Shown one piece after another: positions 12,667 through 25,175 of a stretch of DNA of 64,000 nucleotides. Under the pieces are notes generated by a model that made no database searches, was not told where the DNA came from, and saw only the letters and a list, made by a program, of their open reading frames with translations. Both the position numbers and the translations under genes were made by a program. Within the stretch, counting starts at the first letter, position 1, and the number at the start of each line of letters is the position of its first letter. This stretch comes from Octopus sinensis (Eukaryota): positions 3,658,001 through 3,722,000 of the forward strand of contig NC_043025.1 in assembly GCF_006345805.1 (NCBI RefSeq), given 5' to 3'.

Positions 12667-12863
12667 CAGTGCTTTTCAAACTTTTTGCTGGAGCGGAACC
12701 CCAAGGAAACATTCCACTGGCTCGAGGAACCCCTGTGCAATAATTTAATAGTCTTATGCACGCATATCTGCACAGGAGAATTAAAAATTACTGCCAATTT
12801 TAGCAGTTTTGTAACTTCTTGCGGAACCCTAAGGTTCCACTGAACTCTGGTTGAAAACCACTG
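12667..12863. mobile_element. hAT (Charlie/Buster-like) MITE
   Basis: TIR CAGTGCTTTTCAAAC / GGTTGAAAACCACTG; perfect 8-bp TSD ATGTAGAC at 12659-12666 and 12864-12871. Confidence 0.9.
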
Positions 12864-12996
12864 ATGTAGACAAGCACACATACATGTGCATTCATATCGC
12901 TACCATAAAATATTCTGTAAAATAAATAAAAAGTATTTACAACCATGTCTAGACTTAGTCAGTGTTACTTAATCATCATCATCATCATCATTATTG

Positions 12997-13430
12997 GGAT
13001 CTTTTCGGTTTGACCGGCAGTTTTTTCTAGCGGTGTCATATGAAATTGTCACCCATAATTATGACCCTAGTATCGATCTATTGCATTTCAATCTATTTTA
13101 GGGTTAGGGTTAGGGGATCTTTTCGGTTTGAACGGCAGTTTTTTCTAGCGGCGTCATATGAAATTGTCACCCATAATTATGACCCTAGTATCGATCTATT
13201 GCATTTCAATCTGTTTTAGGGTATGGGTGGGGGGAAGGGTATCTTTTTTTTTCTTCACAAATGTAAATAAACCCAATCTGTTTCTTAAACGAGGGACATA
13301 TTCACACGGCACAGAATGTTTTTCACCTCAATAGACGGTCATTGATTGGTTGAAATTGCAGAAATTGAAGAAAAAAAGCAACAAATATCTTACAAACTAC
13401 AGAATTTTCTCAATAAAGCCAAGAGAAAAA
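12997..13430. mobile_element. GGATC-TIR MITE, one end, with an internal restart
   Basis: TIR at 12997 and again at 13115, directly after (TTAGGG)3. Confidence 0.8.
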
Positions 13431-13968
13431 AATGTATATATATATATATATATATATATGGGCACAAGAGTGGCTGAATGGTAAGAAGCTTGCTTCCCAA
13501 CCACATAGTTCTGGGTTCAGTCCTGCTGTGTGGAACCTTGGGCAAGTGTCTTTTGCTATAGCCTCAGATCAACCAAAGCCTTGTGAGTGGATTTGGCAAA
13601 CGGAAACTGAAAGAAGCCCGTCGTGTGTGTATATATATATGTGTGTGTTTGTGTCTGTTTGTCCCTCACCACTGCTTGATAACTGCTGTTGCTGTGTTTC
13701 TGTTTGAGGCCAATAGAAAAAGAAGAACTGGTGTCGATTTCTTCAAGGCGGTGCCCCTGCATGGGAAAGATGACCACCAAATTCCTTACTAAGGGAGGCA
13801 ACTCTTGTTCCTCTCTCATGGTCGCTTTACCTGCTAGAAATAGTAACCCAAATGCTTTGAAATCAGATCCCAATGCTGGATATTCAACCACCAAATGAAG
13901 GGCAGATTTTCAATTCTGGGATCATCCTTATTCCAAAAGGGTATAATAAATCTATGTAGACAGAGCTA

Positions 13969-15305
13969 CAGGGGTCCCAGACAAACAGAATTTTCATTTT
14001 TATTAATACATACATTGTCGCCATTTTATGTTCCTAAATTTTCGCAGTTTGTTTTTGATTTTGTCATCTACACAGCTTTGTAGGGTCAGTTGGGCACTGT
14101 TTGTGAGAAAAGCAGCCTCATGACGCAATTCTCTCTGCCAGAAATTTGGAAACGACATGCTCTACTGCTTGGCATTTACACCGGAAGCTCCAATACGAAC
14201 GTTTCAGTGTGTTTGGGTGTCAATCCGAGGACAATGCAGAGGATTCGGAAAGAGTTGTGTGAGTCCAATGGTGGTTACGAAGGTATGGCGAACTGGCAGA
14301 AACGTTAGCGTACCAGGCGTAATGCTTAGCGGTATTTCGTCTGTCGCTACGTTCTGAGTTCAAATTCCGCCGAGGTCGACTTTGCCTTTCATCCCTTCGG
14401 GGTCGATTAAATAAGTACCAGTTACGCACTGGGGCCGATATAATCGACTTAATCCGTTTGTCCTCTCTGTGTTTAGCCCCTTGTGGGTAGTAAAGAAATA
14501 GGTATTTCGTCTGCTGCTACGTTCTGAGTTCAAATTCCGCCAAGGTCGACTTTGCCTTTCATCCCTTCGGGGTCGATTAAATAAGTACCAGTTACGCACT
14601 GGGGCCGATATAATCGACTTAATCCGTTTGTCCTCTCTGTGTTTAGCCCCTTGTGGGTAGTAAAGAAATAGGTATGGCTGCTCAGAAAACTCACTCTGAT
14701 TGTTCTGATAAGAGAACTCCTGAATTTGTTGGTGAGATCCAGACCCCTCTCTCTCTTTCGGAGAGGCACTGATGATTGACAAATCAAGCAGGTCCTGAGT
14801 TTCTTATCCGGCAGGTAGTGCATGAAGACACTCGATTTACCTCATATAAGATGAGAAAGGGCCAGTTTTTATCCCAAGCCATCAAGGACAAGAGGAAAGA
14901 CCACACTACAAATCTTTTGAGCAAACTCAAGCATATCCAACCATTTATGCTTTGGTTTTTCTCAGATAAGAAAAATTTCTGCCAGGATCTTAATCAAACA
15001 TCCAGTCAACATGATGGTGTTTCGAGTGATCACTAGTGATGGCGATGTTATGCCTCCATTCATCTTCCCACATGGCCGCAGACTCAACATGGAGGCCTAC
15101 ATCAAATGACTGGAGGAGGTACTGCTGGAAGACCCTGTGTCTGACAACAGGACTCTGCACCATGCCACACAAGCAAGAGAACCCAGTTATGGCTGTCAGA
15201 CAATTTCTGCGACCATATCACTTAACATTTGGCCACCTAACTCCCCAGACTGCAACCCCCTTGATTATTATGTGCGGGGTGCAGTTGAGCGAGAGACCAA
15301 CAAAC
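13969..15305 (+). pseudogene. Decayed Tc1/mariner-superfamily transposase (DD37D/maT-like)
   Basis: TA|CAGGGG start; WFFSDKK (D at 14965), QQDSAPCH (D at 15151), WPPNSPDCNPLDY (D at 15263); 109 nt between the last two D codons equals 37 codons with a 2-nt loss; stops, frameshifts and a SINE insertion. Confidence 0.85.
14290..14669 (+). mobile_element. SINE family B dimer (170-bp repeat) inside the transposase
   Basis: TSD AGGTATGGC at 14281-14289 and 14670-14678; internal junction AAATAGG|TATTTCG at about 14501. Confidence 0.9.
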
Positions 15306-15407
15306 ATTTATAGCAAACAGAATAATGGCATGTTCAAAAATAAATGTCTGAGCATGCTTATGAGCGAACAGCGGGCATGAAGTAAGAAGGGTCGTTGAAG
15401 GTAATGT

Positions 15408-15913
15408 CATCATCATTCATCATTGTTCGACCGTGGTCAAGACAATGGAATTTACTATGTTACGCCAGACCTCACGGTCCATCATAGCATTACGGAGGTC
15501 CTGTTGCTGTATGCCTGTATCCCTGGAGATTACATCAGGGTAGGAGAGTGTGCGCCCTCTGGTATTGCGAGTAGATGGCTTCCAGAGGAGAAGAGTAGAA
15601 ATTACTTCTTTTTCAGCTCTACAACAATGTCCAGCAAACTGGACTCTCCTACCTTTCACAAGAGATGACACAGGTGGTAGTTTCCCATATATTTCCATTT
15701 TGGTTGGATGGCACTTCCACGAGAGATTTTGAGCTCTCATAAGGAGACGAGTGAAGGTTCCATCCAACTGCCTCTCGAAGAGTGTGCGCCCTCTGGTATT
15801 GCGAGTAGATGGCTTCCAGAGGAGAAGAGTAGAAATTACTTCATTTTCAGCTCTACAACAATGTCCAGCAAACTGGACTCTCCTACCTTTCACAAGAGAT
15901 GACACGGGTGGTA
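15408..15913 (-). mobile_element. Non-LTR retrotransposon 3' end (RTE-group-like) with a 234-bp duplication
   Basis: RRVQFAGHCCR...LSYPDVISRDTG...TTVEQ* then (TGA)n; junction RGRTL|FERQLDG. Confidence 0.85.
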
Positions 15914-16049
15914 ATGTACTGTTAACAGCAATCAGGGAAATGAAGCAAAACATCAATGAAATGCTCGCAGGAAGATCTGATTGTTAACAGCTAGTTTGGC
16001 GTAGATGTGAAGAATGTAGCTGAGGAATAACTACAGTAGGGTTGCTTTA

Positions 16050-16885
16050 AAATAATAATGAAATTATTGTATACAGTGCTCAGGTGCACCACAACTTGTC
16101 AGAAAGTGCGTATAAAGTACATGCAGTAATGTAGAAATGTCTGGGAAGCGAACAATGTATGAGTCAGATACATGCTTGTGTGTGTATGGAGGGGAGAAAA
16201 TCAGGTGTAGTGTTGGCGAATCTCTCAGGAAGCATGGAAGTTTTGAAGGATGCAGTGCTCCGACAACTAACAACTGATGCCGGCAGTTTGTTCCATGCTT
16301 CAGCGTGTGTATGGAGGGGAGAAAATCAGGTGTAGTGTTGACGAATCTCAGAAAGCATGGAAGTTTTGAAGGATGCAGTGCTCCGACAACTAACAACTGC
16401 TGATGGCAGTTTGTTCCATGCTTCAGCGTGTGTATGGAGGGGAGAAAATCAGGTGTAGTGTTGACGAATCTCAGAAAGCATGGAAGTTTTGAAGGATGCA
16501 GTGCTCCGACAACTAACAACTGATGCCGGCAGTTTGTTCCATGCTTCAGCGTGTGTATGGAGGGGAGAAAATCAGGTGTAGTGTTGACGAATCTCAGGAA
16601 GCATGGAAGTTTTGAAGGATGCAGTGCTCCGACAACTAACAACTGATGCCGGCAGTTTGTTCCATGCTTCAGTGTGTGTATGGAGGGGAGAAAATCAGGT
16701 GTAGTGTTGGCGAATCTCAGGAAACATGGAAGTTTTGAAGGATGCAGTGCTCCGACAACTAACAACTGATGCCGGCAGTTTGTTCCATGCTTCAGCAACT
16801 CTCAGCGTGAAAAAATGTTTCCTGAAGTCATGGGAGCTGTGCTGTTTTCTGACTTTGTAAACATGTCCAAGGGTGTTCGATGACA
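16050..16885 (-). mobile_element. CR1-group LINE 3' end with a 5 x 123-bp array
   Basis: GHVYKV...RKHFFTLRVAEAWNKLP motif; unit markers at 16183, 16308, 16431, 16554 and 16677; ATT-type tail. Confidence 0.85.
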
Positions 16886-17330
16886 ATCTTTTGTTTTTCC
16901 TTCAGGAGCATAGATGAATAAGTTGTCTGGATGGCCAACCCTGGAATGACCATCGTAGAACTGTCCATGTGAAAAGCACGATGTTTCAATGTCCAACCCA
17001 ACAACTTTCGGCAACTGACCTTGTGCTTTGTTAATTGTCATGGTGAAGCTGAGTTTCAGAGGGAACTGAAGTCTCTGCATAGGGTAGGGGCTGTCTGTTG
17101 GGGTTAGCGGAATTTTCGGAATGAAAGCGATATCGTTTTTGCCGTGTCCCGTGACAACTTGGGCTTCAATGACAAGAGTTCCATTGCATAGTGTAGGAGG
17201 AAGACAGGGCAAGTGAAGTTCATGGGGAGGGAATCCTGGAGGATGCTGGGAGTTGAGAAATTCCGTTGGAAAGTGTGTACCCTGATCGAGATCTCATCTG
17301 ATGCGTAACAACGTTCTTAAGAAGGTAACT
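16886..17330 (-). pseudogene. Helitron PIF1-like helicase C-terminal fragment
   Basis: PTEFLNSQHPPGFPPHELH, LCNGT, QFPLKLSFTMTINKAQGQ and CFSHGQ motifs. Confidence 0.9.
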
Positions 17331-17544
17331 CACTGAGTAAGTCATAGTTAAGAGTGTTGACAGCTGCATTTGTGGGGACTTCATTTTAGTCCCTCTGCAT
17401 GGCACCTTGGACAAATGTCTTCTGGAACAGCCCTGAGCCAACCACAACTTTGTGAGTGAATTTGGTATCAGAAAACTAATCAGTCGCTGAAAGTTGTCAG
17501 GTTGGACATTCAAACATCCCACAATGAGAGACCTGAGATGAAAC

Positions 17545-17880
17545 AACAACATCCTTGGAAGTGTGACTCTACTTCTTGCTGGAGATCTTCAACAAACTCT
17601 GCCTATTATACCCAAAGGAAAACCCGCTGATGAACTTAATGCCTGCCTTAAAAAATCCCTACTTTGGTCGCATGTCCAATCAAAACAACACATCATCAAC
17701 ATGAGATCACTCCTACAGACTGGTCAGCCTAGAACACCAATTTTCAGAAATGCTCCTTAAAATCAGCAATGGACAAATTACGTCGAATGACAACAGATAC
17801 ATTGACACTACCACCATTGGCCACACTGTCTCCAGCTCCGATGACTTATGTTCTGCTGTTTACCCAAATTTTACGACGAA
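17545..17880 (+). pseudogene. Helitron helicase middle fragment (opposite orientation)
   Basis: LLAGDLQQTLPIIP, DELNACLKKSLLW, FSEMLLKISNG. Confidence 0.85.
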
Positions 17881-18076
17881 ATAAATCAAACCAGATTCGC
17901 TTCGTAGCCAATGGTGGTAGTGTCAATGTATCTGTTGTCATTCGACGTAATTTGTCCATTGCTGATTTTAAGGAGCATTTCTGAAAATTGGGTTCTAGGC
18001 TGACCAGTCTGTAGGAGTGATCCCATGTTGATGATGTGTTGTTTTGATTGGACATGCAACCAAAGTAGGGATTTTT

Positions 18077-19170
18077 CCATTAACACGCAAATAGTGAGCG
18101 GTGTTCCGCAGGGCACTGTTTTGGGACCACTACTGTTCATAATGGGCCTCTCAGACATGCCCTCAGCCACGCAGAGAGCCACGATCACAAGTTATGCAGA
18201 TGATACAAAAGTTTCACAGGCAATACAGAACCCTGAGGACACTAAACGCCTGCAATGTGAGCTGGACAAAATATACAAGTGGGCTGAAAAGAATAGCATG
18301 CAGTTCAATGCTGAAAAGTTTCAAGCTTTATGCTATCAGCATGCAAAACTAAATGCAATACCCAATGAATACACTGGACCCGGAGGAATTGCAATCCCAG
18401 AGGCACAATCAGTGCGTGACCTGGGTATTTACATGAGTGATGACGCAACCTTTCGTGTACATGTTGCTAAATTGGCAATGAAATGTAGACGACTGGCCGG
18501 ATGGATTCTCAGAACCTTTAGAACAAGAGAACAAGGAACCATGATGGTCCTCTGGAGGACACTTGTCCTAAGCCACTTTGACTATTGCTCTCAGCTATGG
18601 TCACCATCCAGTGTCAAGTTGATCACAGAACTTGAGGCGATCCAACATAGCTACACGAAGAAGATAGCCTCTGTGCAGAATATAAGCTACTGGGAAAGAC
18701 TCAAGAGATTAAAACTCTATTCCTTGGAGCGTAGGCAAGAAAGATATGCCATAATATACATCTGGAAGGACTTGTCCCAAACTTTGGCATCGAGAGTTAC
18801 ACAAATGCCAGAACTGGGCGCCACTGCGTGGTGCCTAGGACTCCAAATTTGCCATCAAGATGTAGGACAAGATACTGTGATAGCCTGGGCTTCCGAGGCC
18901 CACAGCTCTTCAATATCCTCCCGAAGAACCTAAGAGACCTGTATGGGGTGGATGCAGATGTCTTTAAAATGAAACTGGATCTCTTCTTGTCAGGTATCCC
19001 AGATGAACCAACTTCACGGCAGGAGGTGCAGATGAGGGCAGATGCATCGAACTCTCTCATGCACCAAATGGCAGTTGCTAAAAAGCATTCGTGAAGTAAA
19101 ACCATGTAGCAACACCAAATGGCGGTGCACCAGCATGGCCACAGCTCGTGAGCTGAAACTAGAATCAATC
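18077..19170 (+). mobile_element. 5'-truncated CR1-group LINE, RT domain to C-terminus
   Basis: GVPQGTVLGPLLF, YADDTK, RDLGI, LKLYSLERR; frameshift at about 18768; PQLFNILP...PDEP end. Confidence 0.92.
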
Positions 19171-20094
19171 AATATATATATTTATATTTATATATATATA
19201 TATTTATCTATAGATATAAAAATACAGTCTGCATTTAAACACATAAGAGATGACCATAATAGGACATCTGACTCACTAGAAAGAGCAGTTAAACTCCAAA
19301 CCACTAATATTTATATATATATTTTTTCATAATCGTGAGAGTTCCCGTGTGTAGAACACATATTTTCTGATAATTCCAAAAAATTAAAATGTTATGAGAA
19401 GTTATATGGGACGCTTTTTTGAGTTTTTGAGGAAGTTAAATCGAAATTTGAGGTAGGTTTAGTTGCTATTGCTTGTACGCCCAGCGACCACGCAGGCGTT
19501 CCCGCGTAGTCTCGCTCATATTCGGGTGACGACCCGTGTGGCTGGGTGACCACCAACTCTGTGTATCTGTCGTAAAGTACTACATTTCCATAGCATTTAA
19601 GTTAATGGGTGTTGTATTATAGTAGGCTATTCGTATTGTTTATTTTCAATTTTCCTTTTGTACACTCATCGGAGTCGGATAACCATCGCTTTTTAAAGCA
19701 AAGACAGGATAAATATACTGGCAAGAGGGAAAAAGTCTTATGTCAGACTTAAGGTAAATATATATAAACCTAATTCTCGAATTTAAACATCCTTTGAAAT
19801 CTCACGCATCTGAGACTTTTGTATTCCTTTTTTCTTGAAATTATTTATTTTTCTTTCCTGCAAAAAGATGTGTCGATTATATGAAAGACGAAAAAAAAAG
19901 GGAAAACACCCGAACTGAAAAAAAAATATTTACGAAACAATCAACGTGGTTCTTTGACAAGATGGAAGAATGGGAGTAGGAGGAGTTAGAGGAAGAGAAG
20001 GTATAGTGATAGAGAGGGTTGGAGTGAGAGGTGAGAAGGGTTAATAGAAAGAATGAGAGAGGGGGAAGCTTAGTAACAGAATTAGAGGGAAGCT

Positions 20095-20160
20095 GATGAC
20101 AGGACCGCAACAAATTTCTGGCAAGCTTCAAACAGGAAGTGTTCCGGATTTCTGCAGACA
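20095..20160. promoter_or_regulatory. Candidate promoter element (opposed ETS-like sites)
   Basis: ACAGGAAGTGTTCCGGA next to a purine-rich tract and a CpG-rich segment at 19480-19560. Confidence 0.3.
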
Positions 20161-20223
20161 AATTTAATAGAAAAATATGAAAATTCAAGAATTAAATTGT
20201 ATTTAATAAATTCATATTAAATA

Positions 20224-20961
20224 CTTTTCGGTTTGAACGGCAGTTTTTAAAAATATATAAACACTTTTAAACTTCGTATACTGGTAGAATGTGTTTATAA
20301 AACATCTTTTTTCTCTTGGCTTTATTGAGAAAATTCTATAGTTTGTAAGATATTTGTTGTGTTCTTTTTCCTTCATCTTCTGCAATTTCAACCAATCAAT
20401 GACGTCTATTGAGGTAAAGGATCTTTTCCTTTTGATGGACGGAATTTTCTAGTTAACTAAAAAATTTGAAACTTCGTATACTGGTAGAATGTATCAAAAG
20501 AAAACATTATAAGGAAAAGATCCGAGGTAAAAAGCAGGAACTTTTCGGTTTGAACGGCAGTTTTTTCTAGCGGTGTCATATGAAATTGTCACCCATAATT
20601 ATGACCCTAGTATCGATCTATTGCATTTCAATCTCTTTTAAGGTTAGGGTTAGAGGTGGGTGGAAGGGTATCTTTTTTTCTTCAGAAATGTAAATAAAAC
20701 CCAATCTGTTTCTTAAACGAGGGACATATTCATACGGCACAGAATGTGTTTTGTTTTTTTTACCTCAATAGACGTCATTGATTGGTTGAAATTGCAGAAA
20801 TTGAAGAGAAAAAAACAACAAATATCTTACAAATCATAGAATTTTCTCAATAAAGCCAAGAGAAAAAGATGTTTTATTTTGACACATTCTACCAGGATAC
20901 GAAGTTTAAAAGTGTTTAGTTACGTGGAAATTATGTTAAAAACTGCCGGTCAAACCGAAAA
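20224..20961. mobile_element. Nested GGATC-TIR MITE composite
   Basis: 105-bp relative at 20419-20523 with 8-bp TSD GAGGTAAA, inside a larger copy; an inverted full copy follows. Confidence 0.8.
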
Positions 20962-21259
20962 TTTAAAACGAAAGTGAAGAACATGATCTTAATAGATACA
21001 AGCACAATTTGATAAATTCTAGAGCAGAATATGTTTCTTCTTTATGAATTCACATAAAAAAACTATTTTAACACACTGTAGATTAACTAACTTCAAACCA
21101 GGGTACATTATATACACAATAATTTCATTATATTATATTATATTATATTGCACAGAATTCTGGTTTTTCTGGAAACTGGATAAGAGGTCCATTACTGTTG
21201 AGAGGTTGAGTAAGAGGAGGGTTAGCGTGACATTATGAAAGAGTCGGAAGACTTTGTGA

Positions 21260-21570
21260 AGGGGAGGGGAGAAAGCTATAGAAATCAACGTGGTAGGAGG
21301 AGATGCGAGCGTGGACGGAAGAGAGCGTTATTAGATAAAGGGAGGGAGAAATAAAGTAAGGAGACTTGTGTGAAGGCAAGAGAGAAAGCTATAGAAATCA
21401 ACGTGGAAGGAGGCGATGCGGGGTGGTAGGAAGAGAGCGTACGTAGATAAAGGGAGGGAGAAATAAAGTAAGGAGACTCGTGTGAAGGCAAGAGAGAAAG
21501 CTATAGAAATCAACGTGGAAGGAGGAGATGCGGGGTGGAAGGAAGAGAGCGTACGTAGATAAACTGAGGG
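21260..21570. repeat. GA-rich tandem repeat, 3 x about 112 bp
   Basis: GAAAGCTATAGAAATCAACGTGG at 21271, 21384 and 21496. Confidence 0.9.
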
Positions 21571-21879
21571 GGAGATATAACGAAAGTGGGGAGGAAGAAG
21601 AAGTGATAGACTAGAATAGGAAAACTGTAATGTAAGGTGGTAGGAGGAAACTCACTCAAGGGGTGAAGTATGAGGTGCTTTAACAAAGAGAGGTAAAGTA
21701 AGAGGGTGGAGGAGCTTAGATGGTTGCGATTGAGTAAGATGAATTAGTGAGGGGGGAGACAGGGCGTAGCTTCGATAGAAAGATAGCGTTGAAGGAGTGG
21801 GAGACAGAGCAAAGTGGAGGTAGAGAAAGGTAGTAATAGATACGTGGTGGAAGTTTTTGTGTGAAAGAAAGAGAGAAGC

Positions 21880-22060
21880 GAATCTATTACCGCCGCGGCG
21901 ATGTTGGCGGTGGTTGTGGTGGCGGCGGTGATGATGAGAGAGACTCGAGTGAGGGTCGTCGCCATGCTGAGTAAAGGTTGAGTCTTATTGTTTTGATTGC
22001 AAGAGGGTCAAGTGAGACTTGAAATTAAAACCCCGCTCTTCGCATTCGCACACACACACA
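21880..22060. promoter_or_regulatory. CpG-rich candidate first exon or promoter
   Basis: Dense CpG; GTCGCCATG (YY1/Kozak-like) at about 21957; minus-strand ATGGCG ORF start at 21965. Confidence 0.3.
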
Positions 22061-22275
22061 CACATACATACATATATATATATATATACACACAGGGCAC
22101 CCTTTGGACACCTGTTCTGCTTGATTGACTTACAATTTCTTGAAAATACCTGCGAAAAAGGTTTCTATATTTTAAATATAATACTTTGTATGTCATTTGA
22201 GAAATAGTTTGATTATTAAATGCATGCGTATATATATATGTATGTATATATATATATATGTATGTATACATGCAC

Positions 22276-22313
<38 letters not shown>

Positions 22314-22492
22314 ACTATGTATATTACACTATGTGATGTGTGTTTATATATATGTATGTATACATACATGCACGTGTGTGTGTATATGTGTATATATATA
22401 TAATGGTGCAATATATATATATATATAATTACTATGTATATTACATTGTTTGTGATGTGTGTTTATATATATGTATGTATACATACATGCAC

Positions 22493-22539
<47 letters not shown>

Positions 22540-22873
22540 TACTATGTATATTACATTGTATGTGATGTATATATATGCATGTATACATACATGCACGTGT
22601 GTGTGTGTATATGTATGTATATATATGTATATATAATGGTGCAATATATCTATATATATGATTACTATGTATATAACATTGTATGTGATGTATTTACATT
22701 ACACACATATACACACACGTGTGTGGTGTGTATATTAAATGTTCATTTCCTTATCTTACAGTATATGCACACATTCTATGTATTGTTGCGGATATATTTA
22801 TGCATATATGTGCATTGTCCATTTAAATGTGTTTGTGTATGTGTTATGATAAAATGCACGTTCTGTGCATAAC

Positions 22874-22904
<31 letters not shown>

Positions 22905-22932
22905 CACACACACACATATATATATATGTATA
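22045..22932. repeat. Compound (TA)/(TG) microsatellite with higher-order blocks
   Basis: Repeated AATTACTATGTATATTACA blocks between TA/TG runs. Confidence 0.9.
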
Positions 22933-23326
22933 TGCAGGAGTGGCTGTGTGGTAAGTAGCTTGCTAACCAACCACATGGTTCCGGGTTCAGTCCCACTGCT
23001 TCGCATCTTGGGTAAGTGTCTTCTGCTATAGCCCCGGGCCGACCAATGCCCTGTGAGTGGATTTGGTAGACGGAAACTGAACGAAGCCTGTCGTATATAT
23101 GTATGTATATATATATATATATGTATGTGTGTGTTTGTCCCCTTAGCATTGCTTGACCACCGATGCTGGTATGTTTACGTCCCCGTCACTTAGCGGTTCG
23201 GCAAAAGAGACCGATAGAATAAGTACTGGGCTTACAAAGAATAAGTCCCGGGGTCGATTTGCTCGACTAAAAAAAGGCGGTGCTCCAGCATGGCCGCAGT
23301 CAAATGACTGAAACAAGTAAAAGAGT
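22933..23326 (+). mobile_element. SINE family A
   Basis: Match to 336-780. Confidence 0.9.
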
Positions 23327-23433
23327 ATATGGTTGATCTTTATACGTGTATTATATAGCGAGCAAAATATTGGAGAACTGGTCTATATACTTAATATTGA
23401 AGGCGGTGCTCATATGCTCATAAATACCGTGTG

Positions 23434-23483
<50 letters not shown>

Positions 23484-23742
23484 TATATGTGTGTGTGTGT
23501 AGAATTCGTTCGTCTATGTTTACGTAAATTTGTGAGGTGTTTCTAGTGGAACCTTTTATTTTTATCACAACACAAGAATGTCTTGACTGCTACTCCTGAT
23601 GATATTATTATCATAATTGCTGCTACTAATTACATGTAAACAAACCAAATATATTAATGATACACAAAAGTGAGAAATCTGGAAGTGGTGATGGAGCGAA
23701 TCGTCAGCTTCCAGTGATTGTTGACTAAATAATAGCTTTCAG

Positions 23743-23798
<56 letters not shown>

Positions 23799-23856
23799 CG
23801 TCTATCTATCTGTCTGTCTATCCGTCTGTCTATCTATCTGTCTGTCTATCTATCTG

Positions 23857-23906
<50 letters not shown>

Positions 23907-24140
23907 CGTCTATCAATCTACCTACCTATCTATCTATCTATCTATCTATCTATCCGTCTATCTGTCTGTCTGTCCGTCTATCTATCTGTCTGTCTATCTA
24001 TCTGTCTGTCTGTCTATCCGTCTATCTATCTATCTGTCTGTCTGTCTGTCTATCCGTCTGTCTGACTATCCTTCTATCTGTCTGTCTATCTATCTATATA
24101 TCTGTCTATCCGTCTATCTATCTATCTATCTAGCTAGCTA
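23743..24140. repeat. (TATC)/(TGTC) microsatellite
   Basis: About 400 bp of tetranucleotide repeats. Confidence 0.97.
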
Positions 24141-24778
24141 CCTAAAAATATCTATTTTCCTCTCTCCATCTACCTACCTGTCTAGTTATTTACCTATCTT
24201 TCTACACATGGTTTTTGTGTACGATATCCCAAACGTTGAGTGAACTCTTGTTTCGCTAGTCATGTTATATATCGTCCCAGGGCAGTTGTTTGATCGAACC
24301 GCATCAAGCCCATATCCATGGCCATTTTCGAATCATGTGCATCAAGGTATACACACCATTTCATATGTCTCCACGCCCTGTGGAAGGGATGGGTAACCTT
24401 TTTCGAAAAGCGGGCCGCATGAGACATGGCTAAACACCGGGCGGGCGGCACAATTAAAAAAAAAAAAACAGAAAAACATTAAGGTGATTTTTCGTTTGAT
24501 CAAAGGCTTGTTCACTTTAGGGATGCTCAGCTGGAGAGGGTTGCAAGGGACCACCACATATTTACTGTCATCTCCTCTGTGAATCCCAACATTTGTAGAT
24601 CCTTTCTCACATATAAATTTCTGTTGACTCACTGAGGAATAAATTAAATTAAATAGCTCCATATGTAACTGTAGATATTCTTTAATATATTGTAAAAGAA
24701 TCACTCCTAGTTTTTCCGAGTTTCACATTTCCTCTCTGTTTTCTCTTGAATTATTTATTTCTTAAATATATTTTTAAA

Positions 24779-25175
24779 TCCCTATATATATATATAAAGC
24801 TGAAGTTGTCTGTGTATGGCAGGTTTGGGAGCCTTCAACTAACACTATCTCCTCCGAGACCCTGCGGCACAAGTTGACCAAAATTGAAAGTATGATACAA
24901 GAAGGCTTGCTCTTCCTTCCATAGAAGAAAAAATTCAAATTGGACCACGTTAACACCAAAAATTATTTACATCAAAAAGGTGCTTTTTTTTCTATGAAAA
25001 TCCCTATTTTTTACGATTTTTTGACTGCTGTGTCACCATTTTCCGGTGTATTTCAACCAGAAAAATGTTCACTTAAAGAGAATAACAAGCTACATAATGC
25101 AAAATTTTTGCTTTTCAAAAATTCCAATTCTAAAGGGTCGAAACAAACCTGAGCAATGCCGGGCGATACTGCTAG
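24779..25175 (+). mobile_element. Non-autonomous Helitron
   Basis: A|TC..TATATATAAAGCTGAAG start; GC-rich degenerate hairpin then CTAG|T end at 25172-25175. Confidence 0.65.

Noticed and set aside
16064-16798. 244-aa repeat ORF
   Set aside because: By-product of the 123-bp array, in a different frame from the real CR1 ORF end.
17886-18933. Helitron-RT fusion protein
   Set aside because: The joined Helitron piece is only about 17 codons read antisense to its helicase frame, and the LINE is truncated and frameshifted; this is a rearrangement junction, not a gene.
22008-23149. YIYI/CVCV-type ORFs
   Set aside because: Translations of TA/TG microsatellites; the same applies to similar ORFs throughout the window.
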